Shown here in pieces: positions 9,500 through 19,897 of a stretch of DNA of 58,923 nt (positions within the stretch are counted from its first letter, which is position 1; the number at the start of each line of letters is the position of its first letter). A program made the position numbers and the translations under genes. Under the pieces are notes generated by a model that made no database searches, was not told the DNA's origin, and saw nothing but the letters and a program-made list of their open reading frames with translations. Location of the stretch: the NCBI GenBank assembly GCA_946538065.1, contig CAMNGH010000001.1:1-58923 (forward strand). The letters are read 5' to 3'. This DNA is from an uncultured Holosporaceae bacterium (lineage in GTDB: Bacteria; Pseudomonadota; Alphaproteobacteria; UBA3830).

Positions 9500-10269
9500 T
9501 AGAGCTGCGCCGCCAACGGCAACAAATCGATGTTGGTCATGATGGCGACCTCACGATAATCCTCCGTCGGTTTACCGTTTTTATCGGCAAGAATTCCGCC
9601 AGCTTCTTTTATCAGGAGCATACCCGCAGCGACGTCCCACCTGTTAGGATTCGGAGCGGAGTACAGCAAATCCATACGCCCCGCAGCAAGATACGCCATA
9701 TTCAAAGTCGTTGATCCGGTGCGTCTGATGCTCGGTGAAATAAACTTCAAACGGCTTTCCATTTCATCGGATAATGTTCCAAAGGAAATGAGCAAATCAG
9801 ACAACGTTCGCTTTTTGGAAACGCGAATTTTTTTATCGTTCACGTACGCACCGTAACCTTTTTCCGCCCAGAACATTTCGTTTTTCACCGGATCATAAGT
9901 GACCGCCGCGACGACTTCTCCGTTCTTCTCAAGAGCCACTGATATAGCCCAATGCGGAAATCCGTGCATGTAGTTAACTGTACCGTCTAACGGATCAACT
10001 ATCCATCTGTAAGACGGTTCTGAGCCGACTATCTCTGCCGATTCTTCCGACAGCAACGAATATGTCGGGCGCGCATACAACAGTTCTTCTTTCAGAATTT
10101 TATCGGCTGTCAGATCTGCGCTCGTTACGAAATTTTTATTACTTTTCACGGAAACCTGCAGATTCTCCAACTCCGAAAAATCACGCAACAATCCTTTGGA
10201 AGCTTTAATTACAGCCTTAGTCATCACTGTCATTATCGATGAATGATTTGGCAACTTAACACTTATCAT
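9499..10269 (-). CDS. suhB: inositol monophosphatase family protein (SuhB-like)
   Basis: Motifs EES..., WIVDPLDGTVNY and AAG(M)LLIKEAGG. ATG at 10269 with AGGGGA 6 nt upstream is preferred over the TTG at 10287. Confidence 0.85.
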   Translation of the reverse strand: MISVKLPNHSSIMTVMTKAVIKASKGLLRDFSELENLQVSVKSNKNFVTSADLTADKILKEELLYARPTYSLLSEESAEIVGSEPSYRWIVDPLDGTVNYMHGFPHWAISVALEKNGEVVAAVTYDPVKNEMFWAEKGYGAYVNDKKIRVSKKRTLSDLLISFGTLSDEMESRLKFISPSIRRTGSTTLNMAYLAAGRMDLLYSAPNPNRWDVAAGMLLIKEAGGILADKNGKPTEDYREVAIMTNIDLLPLAAQL

Positions 10270-10350
10270 TCTGCATCCCCTAAACAAAATAAAAAAGCTT
10301 CCGATCTAAAAAACCGAAAGCTTTCAATAAAACGAGTGAAATAAAAACTA

Positions 10351-10773
10351 TTATCTCTTTGAGAATTGGTAACTACGTCTCGCTTTCATAAGACCGTATT
10401 TCTTTCTCTCAACCGAACGACTGTCTCTGGTCAACATGCCGGCAGACTTCAAAACCGAACGCAAATCCGGCTCATAATCTACCAATGCTCTGCTGATTCC
10501 GTGACGAACAGCACCTGCTTGTCCTGACAATCCGCCACCGCAAACGGTGCAAAACACATCATAGCGTCCCGTTCTGTTCGCTACTGTAAACGGCTGTAAA
10601 ACCAATGTCTGCAAAACAGGTCTAGCGAAATAATCGAATACCTTCTTTCCGTTGACGATGATATCGCCATTTCCCGGTTTTACCCAAACACGAGCTACCG
10701 ATTCCTTACGACGTCCTGTGCCGTAAGTTCTTCCCAAGGAATCTACTTTGTTCTCAGTCTCTGTAGCTGACAT
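10351..10773 (-). CDS. rpsI: 30S ribosomal protein S9
   Basis: [19 protein letters not shown] and a C-terminal [11 protein letters not shown]. Confidence 0.96.
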   Translation of the reverse strand: MSATETENKVDSLGRTYGTGRRKESVARVWVKPGNGDIIVNGKKVFDYFARPVLQTLVLQPFTVANRTGRYDVFCTVCGGGLSGQAGAVRHGISRALVDYEPDLRSVLKSAGMLTRDSRSVERKKYGLMKARRSYQFSKR

Positions 10774-10775
10774 TC

Positions 10776-11240
10776 TTAACTCCTCTTCACATTCTTTGCG
10801 TTCATGGAAGCGACATCCAAAACTTTCGGCTGTTGTGCCGCATGAGGATGATTCTCTCCAGAATAAATCTTCAAATTTCTCAACATTTGTCTTCCCAACG
10901 GTCCCTTTGGAAGCATACGCTCGACCGCTTTAGAAATAACTCTCTCAGGAAACTTACTGCTCAAACGCTCTTTCAAAGTGCGCTGTTTGATACCGCCAGG
11001 ATATCCAGTGTGCCAATAGAACACATGGTCATCCATTTTGTTTCCCGTCACCTGAATTTTATCCGCGTTTATTACAACAACGTAATCGCCACAATCCATG
11101 CTTGGCGTAAACTCAGGCTTATGCTTTCCACGCAAATAACTCGCAATAACCGCAGACAACCGACCTAAAATCATATCTTTGGCGTCTACGACAACCCAAT
11201 CTTTTTTTATTTGATCTGCTCTAAGAGAAAATGTCCTCAT
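10776..11240 (-). CDS. rplM: 50S ribosomal protein L13
   Basis: [32 protein letters not shown] motif. Sits in the rplM-rpsI pair. Confidence 0.96.
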   Translation of the reverse strand: MRTFSLRADQIKKDWVVVDAKDMILGRLSAVIASYLRGKHKPEFTPSMDCGDYVVVINADKIQVTGNKMDDHVFYWHTGYPGGIKQRTLKERLSSKFPERVISKAVERMLPKGPLGRQMLRNLKIYSGENHPHAAQQPKVLDVASMNAKNVKRS

Positions 11241-11302
11241 TTGTAATCATTCCTAATACGTAAGCACCTTATACCAGTAATATCAAAATTCTTCAAGCCA
11301 CC

Positions 11303-11830
11303 TTAAACAATTTTCTCGATTTGAGAGAATCCCAAATCAACATTCGTCGGCCTTCCGAATATCGATACTGCAACTTTTACACGCTCTTTTTCCTGATCGA
11401 CTTCATCAATTACTCCCTGGAATGACGTAAACGGACCGTCACAAACAGTAACAGCATCACCGACTTCGTAACTGACGGAATGGCGAGTGTTCGTCGCACT
11501 ATCTTCCACCTTCTTAACTATTCTATCGACCTCAGCCTGTGAAATAGGAAGCGGCTTACCTTTCGCTCCCAAGAAACCGGAAACTTTCGGAATTGACCTA
11601 ACCAAATGCCAAGTCTCATCCGTTAAACTCATTTGAACCAATATATATCCCGGGAAGAACTTTCTGGAGGATTTAACCTTCTCTCCTTTTTTTATTTCTA
11701 TAACCTCTTCCGTAGGAATCAAAATTTCCCCGAACATGGATTCCAAATTTTTTCTTTTGGCCTGTTCATATATGGATTCTCGAACTCTCTGTTCAAATCC
11801 CGAATACACGTTAACAACGTACCACTTCAA
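11303..11830 (-). CDS. nusG: transcription termination/antitermination factor NusG
   Basis: KWYVVNVYSGFEQRV NGN N-terminus and a KOW region (GDAVTVCDGPFTSFQGVI). Downstream of secE. Confidence 0.95.
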   Translation of the reverse strand: MKWYVVNVYSGFEQRVRESIYEQAKRKNLESMFGEILIPTEEVIEIKKGEKVKSSRKFFPGYILVQMSLTDETWHLVRSIPKVSGFLGAKGKPLPISQAEVDRIVKKVEDSATNTRHSVSYEVGDAVTVCDGPFTSFQGVIDEVDQEKERVKVAVSIFGRPTNVDLGFSQIEKIV

Positions 11831-11842
11831 AGCACAAGCTCC

Positions 11843-12028
11843 TTAAATACCCAAAATTTTCTGTAAGCAATAGACTATAACCGCATCAGATACAAAGAAA
11901 TACAGCATAGCGCAAATAACCATTAAGACGACAGCAACGGTCATACCCATGGTTTCTTTCCTAGTAGGCCACGTAACTCTCTGCAATTCCCGTCTTATTT
12001 CGCTTACAAATTCAGCCGGATTAACCAT
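11843..12028 (-). CDS. secE: preprotein translocase subunit SecE
   Basis: 61 aa with a single C-terminal TM and the E..KV.WP.R.E pattern (ELQRVTWPTRKET). Sits in the tRNA-Trp-secE-nusG order. Confidence 0.9.
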   Translation of the reverse strand: MVNPAEFVSEIRRELQRVTWPTRKETMGMTVAVVLMVICAMLYFFVSDAVIVYCLQKILGI

Positions 12029-12050
12029 CTACAAACCCCATCTACGACAC

Positions 12051-12128
12051 TGGCAGGGGCGGAAGGAATCGAACCCTCAACCTGCGGTTTTGGAGACCGC
12101 CACTCTAACCTAATTGAGCTACACCCCT
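12051..12128 (-). tRNA. trnW: tRNA-Trp (anticodon CCA), 3' CCA encoded
   Basis: Minus strand reads AGGGGTGTAGCTCAATTAGGTTAGAGTGGCGGTCTCCAAAACCGCAGGTTGAGGGTTCGATTCCTTCCGCCCCTGCCA. Acceptor stem is AGGGGTG/CGCCCCT, anticodon stem GCGGT/ACCGC with loop CTCCAAA, and T-arm GAGGG-TTCGATT-CCTTC. It occupies the classical position upstream of secE. Confidence 0.93.
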
Positions 12129-12196
12129 AATGTAAGCCACACTCTACCACAAAAAGCCCAATTCTCACAACAACATTTTTGCGACAGCCGATAGAA

Positions 12197-13570
12197 CTAA
12201 GAATTTCTACGTAAAAACGCCGGTATTTCCAAATCCTCTTCCTGAGTTTCCGCCTGAGGCTGAGGCTTCGCTACATATTCATCTTTTTTAGAAGCTGAAA
12301 ACGATCTCTTTATTCCAGTTAATCTCTCAAACAACGAAGGTGATTTTTTCTTCGCCACAGGAGCATCATTATTAACGACAGTAAGGCTCGGTGCGACCTT
12401 CTCAACGTTTTCCGCAGGCTTTTCTTCTACGACTTCCGTTTTCTCTGCGCTCTCGCTTACACCATCCATAATCACGTTTGTTTTAGCTTGATTAGACTGA
12501 ACCGTTTCCTCATATTCTTTCTTTTTTTGTTCTACTGCAGCTGCGTCAATACCCGTAGCAACAACAGAAACTCTCATGCGACCGTTCATCTTTTCATTAA
12601 AGGTAGAACCGAAAATAATGTTTGCTTCAGGATCAACCTCTTCACGGATTCTATTCGCGGCTTCATCAACTTCATACAATGTCATATCGTAACCGCCGGT
12701 AATATTGATAAGAATACCTCTGGCGCCTTTCATCGACACATCATCTAATAATGGGTTAGAAATTGCAGCTTCAGCAGCATCAATTGCGCGCTTATCACCT
12801 TCAGCTTCACCCGTTCCCATCATAGCCTTACCCATTTCGCTCATAACAGTTTTAATATCGGCGAAATCGAGGTTTACCAAACCAGGCATTACCATTAAAT
12901 CGGTAACACCCTGCACACCTGAACGCAAAACATCATCTGCCATTTTGAAAGCATCGGCAAAAGTCGTTCTTTCGTTAGCAACTCTGAAAAGATTCTGATT
13001 AGGTATCACAATCAACGTATCCACGTACTGCTGCAATTCATCGATACCTTTTTCAGCAATACGCATTCTGTTCGTCCCCTCGAAATGGAACGGTTTAGTT
13101 ATAACACCAATGGTCAAAACGCCATGTTCTTTAGCAATTCTTGCGATTACGGGAGCAGCTCCGGTACCTGTTCCACCGCCCATACCGGCAGTGATAAAAA
13201 CCATATTGCTATTCTTCACATAGGACACGATATCATCAATAGCCTCTTCGGCAGAAGCGCGTCCGACGTCTGGTCTTGCACCAGCGCCAAGGCCTCCGGT
13301 AATTTCCAATCCCAACTGAATACGACGCTCACACAACGACTGCAATAACGCTTGCGCATCAGTATTTGCAACGACGAAATCCACGCCCTCTAAATTTGAG
13401 CGAATCATGTTATTTACGGCATTTCCGCCAGCGCCGCCAACACCGAAAACCGTAATTTTAGGTTTCAAATAATCTCCGGAATTTGAAAAACCGTTTTCCT
13501 TAAAAAAATCGCCCTGCTCGTCTGCTATCAAAGACTTTTTATCAGTGATTTCATCGGTCGCTGTAGTCAT
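12197..13570 (-). CDS. ftsZ: cell division GTPase FtsZ
   Basis: [13 protein letters not shown] and [13 protein letters not shown] tubulin signature motifs, a long Lys/Glu-rich linker and a C-terminal [10 protein letters not shown] peptide. Confidence 0.97.
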   Translation of the reverse strand: MTTATDEITDKKSLIADEQGDFFKENGFSNSGDYLKPKITVFGVGGAGGNAVNNMIRSNLEGVDFVVANTDAQALLQSLCERRIQLGLEITGGLGAGARPDVGRASAEEAIDDIVSYVKNSNMVFITAGMGGGTGTGAAPVIARIAKEHGVLTIGVITKPFHFEGTNRMRIAEKGIDELQQYVDTLIVIPNQNLFRVANERTTFADAFKMADDVLRSGVQGVTDLMVMPGLVNLDFADIKTVMSEMGKAMMGTGEAEGDKRAIDAAEAAISNPLLDDVSMKGARGILINITGGYDMTLYEVDEAANRIREEVDPEANIIFGSTFNEKMNGRMRVSVVATGIDAAAVEQKKKEYEETVQSNQAKTNVIMDGVSESAEKTEVVEEKPAENVEKVAPSLTVVNNDAPVAKKKSPSLFERLTGIKRSFSASKKDEYVAKPQPQAETQEEDLEIPAFLRRNS

Positions 13571-13624
13571 CTATGTCCTCATAAAGAATTTGCCACGGAT
13601 AATAATACAGCAATTCACTTGAAT

Positions 13625-14860
13625 TTACAACCCAATTTGCAAGTTATTTTCAAGCCATTTTAACGCTTTTTTCAGAATCCCAACTTTCTCGGATTTTCTA
13701 GACGTTCCGGGGACATCTTCACATATTTGTGAAAAAATTATCATTCCCAAAGCGACAGAAAAATCGTTATCTATTTGCACATCTGTACCATCGATAGCGT
13801 CACTAATTTTTTTCAATTTGATTTTTTTATGTAAAACACTTTCTGCGGAATCTTTCATGCCGGTTAAAAGGCTGCCACCACCTGTTATAATAACGCTTCT
13901 TGAAAATTCCTCGCCAAATACGGAATCCTTTATTTTTTGCTTTACAGCCAATAAAATTTCCTCAACACGAGGTCCGATAATCTGATTCAAAGAACTTTTC
14001 GGAATTTGTTGCAAACTAATTACATCATCGTCTTCAATAACCGGCGCAAATATCATATCCTGCTCGTCTGCTATTGAGACTATTGACGCTCCGTGCAGTG
14101 TTTTTAATCTCTCAGCATTTACTGATGAAATATTTAAGCCGTAGGCAATATCTCCGGTTATGCTTTTTCCACCCAAAGGAATGATTTCCGAACCACAAAA
14201 CATACCATTGTAGAAAAATGATATTGACGTAGTTCCGCCACCAAAATCTACAACTATTTGGTTTCCCGCAGAATCAGATTCGTCCATGACATACAATCCT
14301 GCAGCGTATCCAGAAGCTACAACACCAATTGGTTCGATATGGCATCTGGATAAACATACCAACAAATTATGTAATTGTGGTTTTGGAACGGTAACCAAAT
14401 TAACATTTACACTCAACTGATTTGCTATCATTCCTACCGGATCTTTTATTCCGTTGAGCGAATCAATACTGTACAAAATAGGAATAGAATGAATTATTTC
14501 TCTATCGCCCATTCCTTTGTTGCAAGCAGAAATTAAATACATCAAATCATCAGGCGTTACTATTCTCCCGCCAATATTCAAAGACATATTAACGATTTTA
14601 GATTCGACATTTTTTCCTGAAATACTTACATATACGCTTTTCACGCGATAATTTGCCATTTGTTCGGCTGTTTCAACTGCTTTCGCAATTGCTTTTTCTA
14701 CCGCGCCCATATCAATAATAACCCCGGATTTAACCCCGAGGCATGCGCAGTATCCAACGCCCAAAAGATTGAAACGTCCATCCTCAAACACATTTGCAAT
14801 ACAACAGCAAACTTTTGTGCTTCCTATATCCAGCGTTGTCACTATATTTTTAGTTGCCAT
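13625..14860 (-). CDS. ftsA: cell division protein FtsA
   Basis: Actin-like ATPase motifs (LDIGSTKVCCCI, VVDFGGGTTSISFF). ATG at 14860 is preceded by AGGTGA; the track start at 14869 is GTG. Confidence 0.93.
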   Translation of the reverse strand: MATKNIVTTLDIGSTKVCCCIANVFEDGRFNLLGVGYCACLGVKSGVIIDMGAVEKAIAKAVETAEQMANYRVKSVYVSISGKNVESKIVNMSLNIGGRIVTPDDLMYLISACNKGMGDREIIHSIPILYSIDSLNGIKDPVGMIANQLSVNVNLVTVPKPQLHNLLVCLSRCHIEPIGVVASGYAAGLYVMDESDSAGNQIVVDFGGGTTSISFFYNGMFCGSEIIPLGGKSITGDIAYGLNISSVNAERLKTLHGASIVSIADEQDMIFAPVIEDDDVISLQQIPKSSLNQIIGPRVEEILLAVKQKIKDSVFGEEFSRSVIITGGGSLLTGMKDSAESVLHKKIKLKKISDAIDGTDVQIDNDFSVALGMIIFSQICEDVPGTSRKSEKVGILKKALKWLENNLQIGL

Positions 14861-15581
14861 GACTTTCACCTTTTTTCGTTAAGATGACCCTGTCAGGTAT
14901 TCTCAAATCTATTTCTTCAATATCATCATTAAAAAAGCCATCACTATTCGAAATTTCGTCGAGCACACTAAACGCATACCTCAATTCTTTTTCTGGAAGT
15001 TTTACCGTGATACCTCTATTTATTTTTATGTTCCAACGCCTGTTTCCTATCCTCACGGCGAATACTAACTGCTTTCTGATTTTCGGAAACTTTTCTAGCT
15101 GCCAAAGAAAATTCGCAGCTTCTTTTGACGCGCCTTCTCCCACGACTATAGGTAAATTACTGAAATCGCCGATGCCATCATTTTCAAGAACCATTCCGTC
15201 AGCATCGACTAAATATAATTTGTATTTCGATTGTAAAATCGCTATGGGAATTCTTTCAGCTACTCTCACATAAATTGTATTTGGTAAAACTCTTTGAACT
15301 ACCGCCGACTTTATCCACGCGACATTTTCAAGTTTGTTTTTAACGTCTTCAATAGACACCTTAAGAATATTGCTTTTATACCTCAACCCTGACGTTTTAA
15401 GCAGAAGAATATCCGGTACTTTTTCGTTACCATCAAACACAATTTTTTTCACAGAAAATACAGGATTCCCTGCGTTTATAATATTTTTCGAATAAAAATA
15501 TCCAGCTGCCGCAACTGTCACTGCGAAAAGTACAAATTGAAACAGATTACTTTTCAGTATAGACGCTAAATATCGTAGCAC
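14850..15581 (-). CDS. ftsQ: cell division protein FtsQ
   Basis: N-terminal TM plus POTRA-like region (VKKIVFDGNEKV), placed between ddl and ftsA. GTG start overlaps the ddl end. Confidence 0.85.
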   Translation of the reverse strand: MLRYLASILKSNLFQFVLFAVTVAAAGYFYSKNIINAGNPVFSVKKIVFDGNEKVPDILLLKTSGLRYKSNILKVSIEDVKNKLENVAWIKSAVVQRVLPNTIYVRVAERIPIAILQSKYKLYLVDADGMVLENDGIGDFSNLPIVVGEGASKEAANFLWQLEKFPKIRKQLVFAVRIGNRRWNIKINRGITVKLPEKELRYAFSVLDEISNSDGFFNDDIEEIDLRIPDRVILTKKGESHGN

Positions 15582-16477
15582 GCTTCCTCTACCATATATT
15601 GAACCAATTGATTAAACGTCATTCCGATAGCTTTCGCCTGCTCCGGCAACAACGAAGTAACCGTCATTCCCGGCTGACTATTCAACTCAAGAATAAACAA
15701 TTCTCCCGTTTTATCATTGTATCTAAAATCTACTCTTGATATTCCACGACATCCAACAGCAAGATGCGCCTTCAATGCCATGTCCATCGCTTTTTCACGA
15801 ATATCACTTGGAATCTTTGCTGGAAGTTCATGAAAAGAACACCCATTACAATATTTATTATGATAATCATAAAAGCCCGATTTAACCAAAATTTCAGTCA
15901 CCTCAACCGGCTTATTATTAATGATGCCAACCGTTAACTCTCTTCCTGGAATATACGCTTCAACTAGAACGTTGTCTTTATAACACCAATCTATTGCGTT
16001 CAATTCTTTTTCATTTTGCACGACGAACACACCCGCTGACGAACCTCCATCTATAGCTTTAACAACAAAAGGATACGCCATCGACGGATGTTCGCGAAAC
16101 TCTTTCCAATTAACAACTTTTCCATCAGCGACTTTGAGCCCTGCCTTTTTAAAAATTGTACGAGCCAAATGTTTATCCATAGCAATAGCTGATGCGACAA
16201 CGCCGGAATGTGTATAAGGTATTTGCATTAAATTCAGTAAAGCCTGAATATCACCGTTTTCACCTGTACCGCCATACAATCCGTTTAATACGCAATCAGG
16301 TTTTTCATTTTTCAGAAAAGTGACTAAAGCAAGCACATCACCTGTAAAGTCAAATTCCACAACTTCATATCCTAAATCCTTTAATGCAGTTGCAAAGCCA
16401 TCAGCAGAGCTTAGAGATACCTCCCTCTCCGTCGATGTCCCTCCTTTTAAAAGACACACTTTTTTAAATTTACTCAT
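15566..16477 (-). CDS. ddl: D-alanine--D-alanine ligase
   Basis: ATP-grasp Ddl motifs (GGTSTEREVSLSS, LYGGTGENGDIQALL, ELNSQPGMT). ATG at 16477 with AAGGA upstream is preferred over the TTG at 16495. Confidence 0.94.
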   Translation of the reverse strand: MSKFKKVCLLKGGTSTEREVSLSSADGFATALKDLGYEVVEFDFTGDVLALVTFLKNEKPDCVLNGLYGGTGENGDIQALLNLMQIPYTHSGVVASAIAMDKHLARTIFKKAGLKVADGKVVNWKEFREHPSMAYPFVVKAIDGGSSAGVFVVQNEKELNAIDWCYKDNVLVEAYIPGRELTVGIINNKPVEVTEILVKSGFYDYHNKYCNGCSFHELPAKIPSDIREKAMDMALKAHLAVGCRGISRVDFRYNDKTGELFILELNSQPGMTVTSLLPEQAKAIGMTFNQLVQYMVEEACYDI

Positions 16478-17375
16478 GTTTATTCCTTTCGCCAATACGA
16501 ATTATTTCCCACTCAAGTTGCACACCTGTTTTTTCTGCGACTTGTTTTATGATTTTCTCGCCTAAATTTTCTATCTCTTCAGCAGTTGCGCCACTTTCAT
16601 TAATCAAAAAATTGCAATGTTTTTCCGATACCATTGCACCACCTAACCTCATTCCGCGACATCCTGCGGCTTCTATTAACTCCCAAGCCTTCTTATTCTC
16701 AGGATTTTTAAAAGTTGAACCGCATGACTTTTTTTCTATCGGTTGACTCTCTCTTCTTTTTTCGACTATTTCTTTCACTCTCTTCGGAATCGAATATTTT
16801 ACATTCGTCGCACCTTTAAACCACGCGCGTGTAATAATTAAGTCATCAGAAATCCCGGAAGTTCTATACCCGAATTTTATGTCATTTGACTTCAACCATT
16901 TTATCTGCCCTTTTGATGTAACAGCTTCGCATTCAAATAAAACTTTCGATATCTCTGAGCCGAAGCAACCGGCGTTCATTTTTATCGCGCCGCCGACAGT
17001 TCCTGGCAATCCCATTAAAAATTCAAATCCACCGAGTTCATGATCCATTGCGATAGTCGACAATTTACTGCACTGAACTCCTGCGCCGACTTCAAGAATA
17101 CTGTCTTCAACAAATACTTTTTTAAACCAATCCCCCAGAATTATAACCGTTCCGCGAATTCCTCCGTCTCTGATAAGCACATTGGACATTGCCCCCAAAA
17201 CTGTAATTTTTTCATCTGCGGGGATATTTCGCAGAAATAGTATCAAATCGTCCATATCTTCCGGAACAAACAAAACATCAGCAATACCGCCGACACCAAA
17301 GCGTGCTTTTTTACCCAAGCTTACTTTCTCCTGAAGCACACCGCGGACAGGAGGGAACTTATTAAAAACTGACAT
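16470..17375 (-). CDS. murB: UDP-N-acetylenolpyruvoylglucosamine reductase MurB
   Basis: FAD-binding domain (RFGVGGIADVLFVPED, GLPGTVGGAIKMNAGCFG) and CGSTFKNP motif. Confidence 0.94.
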   Translation of the reverse strand: MSVFNKFPPVRGVLQEKVSLGKKARFGVGGIADVLFVPEDMDDLILFLRNIPADEKITVLGAMSNVLIRDGGIRGTVIILGDWFKKVFVEDSILEVGAGVQCSKLSTIAMDHELGGFEFLMGLPGTVGGAIKMNAGCFGSEISKVLFECEAVTSKGQIKWLKSNDIKFGYRTSGISDDLIITRAWFKGATNVKYSIPKRVKEIVEKRRESQPIEKKSCGSTFKNPENKKAWELIEAAGCRGMRLGGAMVSEKHCNFLINESGATAEEIENLGEKIIKQVAEKTGVQLEWEIIRIGERNKHE

Positions 17376-18799
17376 TAATTTTTCCTTTCCGAAATCATCA
17401 TGTCCGCAAGTTTATACGCCCACTGTGTGATATCACCTGCTCCAAGAAACACTACTAAATCGCCGGCTTTTACTTTATCTTGCAATTTTTCTTTTAATGT
17501 CTCAACGTCCTGCGCGAAGTCCGACGGTACTCCGTGAATTTCATCTAAACACTTCAATAAAGAAAAATGATCGACACCATTACTGACTTCTCCTGCGGAA
17601 TAAATCGGAGTCACAATCACATAGTCGCTTAATTGTAATGCCTTTCCGAAATCAAGCAGGAAATTATGTAACCTTGTATATCTATGTGGCTGTATTACAG
17701 CATAAATTTTTCCATGGCATGAATTTCTCGCAGCCTTCAAAACTGCACTTATTTCTACAGGATGATGAGCATAATCATCGATAATTTTTACGCCGTCTAT
17801 CTCCGCAACTTTGGTAAAACGTCTTTTTACACCCATAAACGAACCCAACGCAACTCGCATATTTTCCTCAGAAATTCCGAGCTCCAAACCGGCACAAACC
17901 GCCGCTAACGCGTTTTGCACGTTGTGTTCTCCGTACATCCCCGATGTAAATTTCTTCCATCCGCCAGACAAATCAATTCCGTATCTTTTGATTATTCCCT
18001 TCGAAAATACGACATCAAACTCTGCACCACTTTCTGACAGCACGATATTTTCACATGACACATCGGCATCTTTTGAAAGTCCATAGGTTATTATCCTGCG
18101 ATCTATAGTATTTTCTGCAATTTTCCTTACTTCAGGATGATCCACACATAAAATTGCAGCGCCATAAAACGGTATATTTTCTACAAACTTTGAAAACAAA
18201 GAACTTAATTCAGAATAATCTTTAAAATTATCAATATGATCAAAATCAATATTCGTGACAACAACCATTGTCGACATTAATTTTGTAAATGACCCATCTG
18301 ATTCATCAGCTTCAACAACTATCCAATCTCCTGAACCGAGTCTGGCGTTACTGTTGTATGCATTTATTACGCCTCCGTTGATAACCGTCGGATCCAAATC
18401 TGCTTGCTCTAGCATCGCTGCGATCAACGAAGTCGTTGTCGTTTTTCCATGTGTTCCTGCGACAGCAATTGACATTTTCATCTTCATCAATTCTGCCAAC
18501 ATTTCTGCTCTTTTTACGACAGGAATTTTCAAACGTCTTGCTTCCAATATTTCCGGGTTATCTTTCGAAATTGCAGAAGATACAACAACAACAGACGCGC
18601 CATGTACATTCGTCTTATCATGACCGATTTTAATGTCCACACCTTTTCGTTCAAGTCGAACTGTCATTGCATTTTCTTTTAAATCGCTACCGCTGACTTT
18701 ATATCCGAGATTCACGAGGACATCTGCTATCCCGCTCATACCTATTCCGCCGATACCCACAAAATGAATAACACCGGCGTTTATCGGAAATTTTCTCAC
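17375..18799 (-). CDS. murC: UDP-N-acetylmuramate--L-alanine ligase MurC
   Basis: IHFVGIGGIGMSGIA N-terminus and GTHGKTTTTS P-loop. GTG start with GGAG upstream. Confidence 0.95.
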   Translation of the reverse strand: MRKFPINAGVIHFVGIGGIGMSGIADVLVNLGYKVSGSDLKENAMTVRLERKGVDIKIGHDKTNVHGASVVVVSSAISKDNPEILEARRLKIPVVKRAEMLAELMKMKMSIAVAGTHGKTTTTSLIAAMLEQADLDPTVINGGVINAYNSNARLGSGDWIVVEADESDGSFTKLMSTMVVVTNIDFDHIDNFKDYSELSSLFSKFVENIPFYGAAILCVDHPEVRKIAENTIDRRIITYGLSKDADVSCENIVLSESGAEFDVVFSKGIIKRYGIDLSGGWKKFTSGMYGEHNVQNALAAVCAGLELGISEENMRVALGSFMGVKRRFTKVAEIDGVKIIDDYAHHPVEISAVLKAARNSCHGKIYAVIQPHRYTRLHNFLLDFGKALQLSDYVIVTPIYSAGEVSNGVDHFSLLKCLDEIHGVPSDFAQDVETLKEKLQDKVKAGDLVVFLGAGDITQWAYKLADMMISERKN

Positions 18800-18814
18800 G
18801 TATTCTCTCCCTGT

Positions 18815-19840
18815 TCAAATTTGCTCTATTAAATTCAAGAACCTAATTCTATCGTTTTCTAACGAGCCATTCATCATATGAGATGATGCATTTTTTAGCA
18901 ATTCTCTATTGTGTAAAAGAGATTGTATTTTTTCAGCTATTGCTTTATCAATTCCGTCTTTTTCTTCAAACACCCATGCACCACCTTTTTTTTGATAATA
19001 CATAGCATTGAAAAATTGGTGATTCTGAGAAGCTTTTGGAAATGGTATCAATATCGCAGGACATCCCAAAGCAGACAATTCCGCAAGAGTCGATGCTCCT
19101 GAACGACATATAGCTAATTGAGAATCATTCATAAAATCTGCAACATTATCGATAAATTTCAAAAGAGTATGTTCCACATGCAACTCATCATAAGCACTCG
19201 ATAATTTATCGATATCTCCGTAACTAACCTGTTGTACTATTTCAATTTCTTGTTTTTCCTTTTCTTTCAATTGCGAAAAAACATTCGGCATAATTTCTGA
19301 AAAAGAAATCGCTCCCTGACTACCTCCAATAATGAGAATCTTTATTTTTCTATCACATTCATATGGAGTTTTTCTGCGAAATTCTTTTCTGACAGGTGCC
19401 TGTATTTGTATCCAATCTTTTCCCAAATCAAACGACGATAATTTTAAATCAGCAATTTTCGAAAGCCAAAGATTTGCCTTGCCCATAACCGAATTTTGTT
19501 CGTATAAAACAACTTTTGTTCCAAGCAATTTAGCGACAATAACCGGAACAAACGTCGATATTCCACCAAAGCTAACAATTACATTCGGACGTTTGCGTCG
19601 CCAAATTTTCAGCAATCTAAAAAACACAATGGCGAAACTGACGATAATCCACGGCAGACGTTTATAAGAAAAACGAACTGTTTCAAAAACGATTTTTCGG
19701 TTGATATCCTTACAAAACACTTCTCCGCGCTTGTCTGTAATCATGCAAACGTCATGCCCGTTTTTCTGTAAATCGTTAAACAATGCACAAGCCGGAAACA
19801 AATGCCCGCCTGTACCTCCTGCGCAAACAACTACCCTCAA
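18815..19840 (-). CDS. murG: undecaprenyldiphospho-muramoylpentapeptide beta-N-acetylglucosaminyltransferase MurG
   Basis: CAGGTGGHLFPA N-terminal motif and a GASTLAE region. TTG start preceded by GAGGA. Confidence 0.93.
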   Translation of the reverse strand: MRVVVCAGGTGGHLFPACALFNDLQKNGHDVCMITDKRGEVFCKDINRKIVFETVRFSYKRLPWIIVSFAIVFFRLLKIWRRKRPNVIVSFGGISTFVPVIVAKLLGTKVVLYEQNSVMGKANLWLSKIADLKLSSFDLGKDWIQIQAPVRKEFRRKTPYECDRKIKILIIGGSQGAISFSEIMPNVFSQLKEKEKQEIEIVQQVSYGDIDKLSSAYDELHVEHTLLKFIDNVADFMNDSQLAICRSGASTLAELSALGCPAILIPFPKASQNHQFFNAMYYQKKGGAWVFEEKDGIDKAIAEKIQSLLHNRELLKNASSHMMNGSLENDRIRFLNLIEQI

Positions 19841-19897
19841 ATCATCCTCAAAACAACATCTTAATTTTAGTTAAACAAGCCTATCGTGTCCAGCTTT

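Noticed and set aside
8994-9542. 182-aa plus-strand ORF, together with 9065-9394 and 9205-9486
   Set aside because: Antisense to the well-supported rsmD/suhB genes. The sequence is low-complexity and Ser/Cys-rich with no recognisable motifs, typical of shadow ORFs opposite real genes.
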